The translations under genes were made by a program, and so were the position numbers. From an uncultured Bacilli bacterium (lineage in GTDB: Bacteria > Bacillota_I > Bacilli_A > RF39 > UBA660), in contig CARSXK010000004.1 in the NCBI GenBank assembly GCA_949065595.1, positions 1 to 56,801 on the forward strand: DNA of 56,801 nt. The letters run 5' to 3'. Shown piece after piece: positions 55,005 to 56,801 of the stretch. Under the pieces are notes generated by a model. The model was not told the origin of the DNA and made no database searches. It was given only the letters and a program-made list of their open reading frames with translations. Positions within the stretch are counted from its first letter, which is position 1. Every line of letters starts with the position of its first letter.

Positions 55005-55985
55005 ATGGGAATGTTTGATAAGTTCAAAAGCTTATTTCAGAAAGATAGTAAAGAAGAAATAGAAAAGTATGATATAGGGTTAGAAAAAACAAGAAAAGAA
55101 TTTACTTCTAAATTAAATTTACTTACAATGAAATATAATCGTATTGATGAAGAATACTATGAGGAATTAGAAGATATCTTAATTGGCGCTGATATTGGTG
55201 TAAATACTGTGATACAATTTATTGATCAATTAAGAGCAAGGGTAAAAAAGGAAAATATTTTAAATGTAACAGATTTAAAAGAAATTATTGTAGATGAGAT
55301 GTTTATTATTTATGTTCAAAATCAGATTATTGTAAATAAAATAAACTATACCAAAGAAGGACCAACGGTTATTTTATTTGTTGGTGTTAATGGTGTTGGA
55401 AAAACGACAACGATTGGAAAACTGGCTTATCAAATGAAAAATGAGGGAAAAAAAGTTTTATTGGTTGCTGGGGATACATTCCGGGCTGGGGCAGTGGAAC
55501 AATTGATGGAATGGGCAGAACGTACACATTCAGAAGTGGTATATAAGATAGATGCAGATCCTGCGAGTGTGATTTATGATGGGTTAGAAAAGGCCAAGAA
55601 AGATGCTTATGATGTTGTTTTAATTGATACGGCAGGAAGGTTACAAAATAAAGTAAATTTAATGAATGAACTTGAAAAAATCAATAAGGTAATTGGAAAA
55701 ATGATTCCAGATGCACCCCATGAAACATTACTGGTAATGGACGCAACCACTGGTCAAAATGGAATTAGTCAAGCCAAAAGTTTTCAGGAAATTACTAATA
55801 TAACAGGAATTGTATTAACCAAATTGGATGGCACAGCTAAAGGTGGAATTGTATTAGCAATTAAGGATAGTGTGGGAATTCCAGTAAAATATGTAGGGCT
55901 TGGGGAACAAAAAGAAGATTTACGTGTTTTTGATATTGAAAAATATATTTATGGACTTTTTAAAGAAATGGATGAAGTAGAATGA
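55005..55985 (+). CDS. ftsY: signal recognition particle receptor
   Basis: '[15 protein letters not shown]', 'DTAGRLQN', '[10 protein letters not shown]'. ATG 55005 or 55011 after AGGTGA. Confidence 0.9.
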   Translation: MGMFDKFKSLFQKDSKEEIEKYDIGLEKTRKEFTSKLNLLTMKYNRIDEEYYEELEDILIGADIGVNTVIQFIDQLRARVKKENILNVTDLKEIIVDEMFIIYVQNQIIVNKINYTKEGPTVILFVGVNGVGKTTTIGKLAYQMKNEGKKVLLVAGDTFRAGAVEQLMEWAERTHSEVVYKIDADPASVIYDGLEKAKKDAYDVVLIDTAGRLQNKVNLMNELEKINKVIGKMIPDAPHETLLVMDATTGQNGISQAKSFQEITNITGIVLTKLDGTAKGGIVLAIKDSVGIPVKYVGLGEQKEDLRVFDIEKYIYGLFKEMDEVE

Positions 55986-56257
55986 AAGAAAAGCAAACTG
56001 TATTTGAAAGATTAGTTAGAAAAAAATCGATTAATTCTTTGGGAATATTTGTTCAATTTGTTCTTTTGGTTGCTTTAAGCATAATTATGGTATCTACTTT
56101 ATTTGTATCTGAATTTCAAATTATAGCAAAAATTTTATTGGTGTTGTTATTATTTACTATGGGATATAATAATCATAAAACATTTAAACGAAAAGGATTT
56201 ACAGTATTTTATGTTGCTACTGGTTTTGCTTTTTTATTTACAATTGTATTTGGGTGA
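55982..56257 (+). CDS. small membrane protein, hypothetical
   Basis: Three hydrophobic helices. ATGA overlap with the ftsY stop. Confidence 0.45.
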   Translation: MKEKQTVFERLVRKKSINSLGIFVQFVLLVALSIIMVSTLFVSEFQIIAKILLVLLLFTMGYNNHKTFKRKGFTVFYVATGFAFLFTIVFG

Positions 56258-56260
56258 ATT

Positions 56261-56551
56261 ATGAAAGATAGACTTTATTTGATTGATTTATATGATTTGT
56301 ATGGGGATCTTTTAACAGAAAAACAACAGAATTATTTTGAGGATTATTATTTTTCTAATTTGTCATTGTCAGAAATTGCAGAAAATGTGGATGTAAGTCG
56401 GAATGCGGTTCATAACCAAATTAAGGATGTGGAAGAAAAGTTACTGTATTATGAAGCCCATTTGCACTTGCATGAGCGTAATAGTAAAATTAAAGAGTTG
56501 TTGGTTTCATTGGATGCCAATATGCAACATAAAATTGAGGAGTTACTATGA
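56261..56551 (+). CDS. ylxM: YlxM/UPF0122 putative DNA-binding protein
   Basis: 'LLTEKQQNYFEDYYFSNLSLSEIAENVDVSRNAVHNQIK'. Usual ftsY-ylxM context. Confidence 0.8.
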   Translation: MKDRLYLIDLYDLYGDLLTEKQQNYFEDYYFSNLSLSEIAENVDVSRNAVHNQIKDVEEKLLYYEAHLHLHERNSKIKELLVSLDANMQHKIEELL

Positions 56552-56674
56552 GTGCCTTTTTGATTATGATAACACTTTTCCATTAGAATTCCATCTTGAA
56601 AAAAGAAAAAGAGTATGATAAAATAAAGAAGAAAAATAGATAACAAGGGAAAAGAATAATTGCAGATTGTAAAC

Positions 56675-56684
56675 GGGGGGGGGG
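56675..56684 (+). repeat. G10 homopolymer
   Basis: Ten consecutive G in an AT-rich genome, 20 nt upstream of the -35 of the prepilin promoter. Confidence 0.9.
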
Positions 56685-56703
56685 TAAGCCTCCTTTTTAG
56701 TGG

Positions 56704-56732
56704 TTGAATGAAGGAGAAAAAAAGGGTATACT
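56704..56732 (+). promoter_or_regulatory. sigma-A promoter TTGAAT-17-TATACT
   Basis: Exact 17-nt spacing, upstream of the prepilin gene. Confidence 0.5.
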
Positions 56733-56759
56733 AAAAATAAGATATAGGAGATGTAGAAA

Positions 56760-56801
56760 ATGAAGAAAAAAGGATTTACATTGATAGAAATAATGGGAGT
56801 A
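56760..56801 (+). CDS. type IV prepilin/pseudopilin (5' end only, truncated by the window)
   Basis: 'MKKKGFTLIEIMGV' is the class III signal peptide (G/FTLIE). ATAGGAG SD upstream. Confidence 0.6.
   Translation, partial: MKKKGFTLIEIMGV

Noticed and set aside
56403-56646. ORFs 56403..56618 (+) and 56449..56646 (-) at the end of ylxM.
   Set aside because: They overlap ylxM out of frame or antisense and run into intergenic DNA. They have no SD and no recognisable motif.
1-56801. Search for CRISPR arrays, rRNA/tRNA genes, IS elements and transposase genes.
   Set aside because: I saw no regularly spaced direct repeats with spacers, no tRNA-like cloverleaf candidates in the intergenic regions I inspected, and no transposase-like ORFs. 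The only tandem repeats are the LysM coding repeats, the 7-nt iterons and a 2 x 15-bp duplication. A scan by eye cannot fully exclude small RNAs.

Overview
This is an AT-rich chromosomal window (by eye about 30% GC, not computed) from a spore-forming low-GC Firmicute. The evidence is spo0A, two alpha/beta-type SASP genes, a PdaA-like deacetylase, and Bacillus-like dnaD-nth / ponA-recU synteny. I cannot name the genus. Most of the window is core housekeeping: mutY, thiI, clpP, gap, pgk, gpmI, lysS, dusB, two ackA paralogs, nrnA, hup, nth, ponA, recU, rnj, xfp, ftsY and ylxM.

The main find is a 9.48-kb integrative element at 21036..30512. It carries a large serine recombinase, a CRESS-virus-like HUH+SF3 Rep, an FtsK/TcpA-like coupling ATPase, and a sortase B plus substrate as cargo. 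It sits inside the conserved DAGHGG motif of an Amidase_3 + 4xLysM cell-wall hydrolase gene. Both junctions share CATGG, the ends carry imperfect inverted repeats, and precise excision would restore a 405-codon ORF, which resembles the skin element. Just upstream of the Rep gene is a geminivirus/circovirus-style origin: 3 x 7-nt iterons abutting a 10-bp stem with loop GTAATACTAG.

Other accessory or odd loci:
- a two-gene MazG-like + GIY-YIG/DUF2075 nuclease-ATPase operon, a candidate defence module
- an in-frame fusion of iPGM (gpmI) to a membrane-anchored extracellular domain
- an orphan 460-aa gene beside about 630 bp of decayed sequence
- a type-I-toxin-like 25-aa hydrophobic peptide locus
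- a G10 tract upstream of a prepilin gene
- a candidate small RNA upstream of thiI

I saw no rRNA, tRNA, CRISPR array or IS element. All functional calls come from motif recognition by eye, with no database search.
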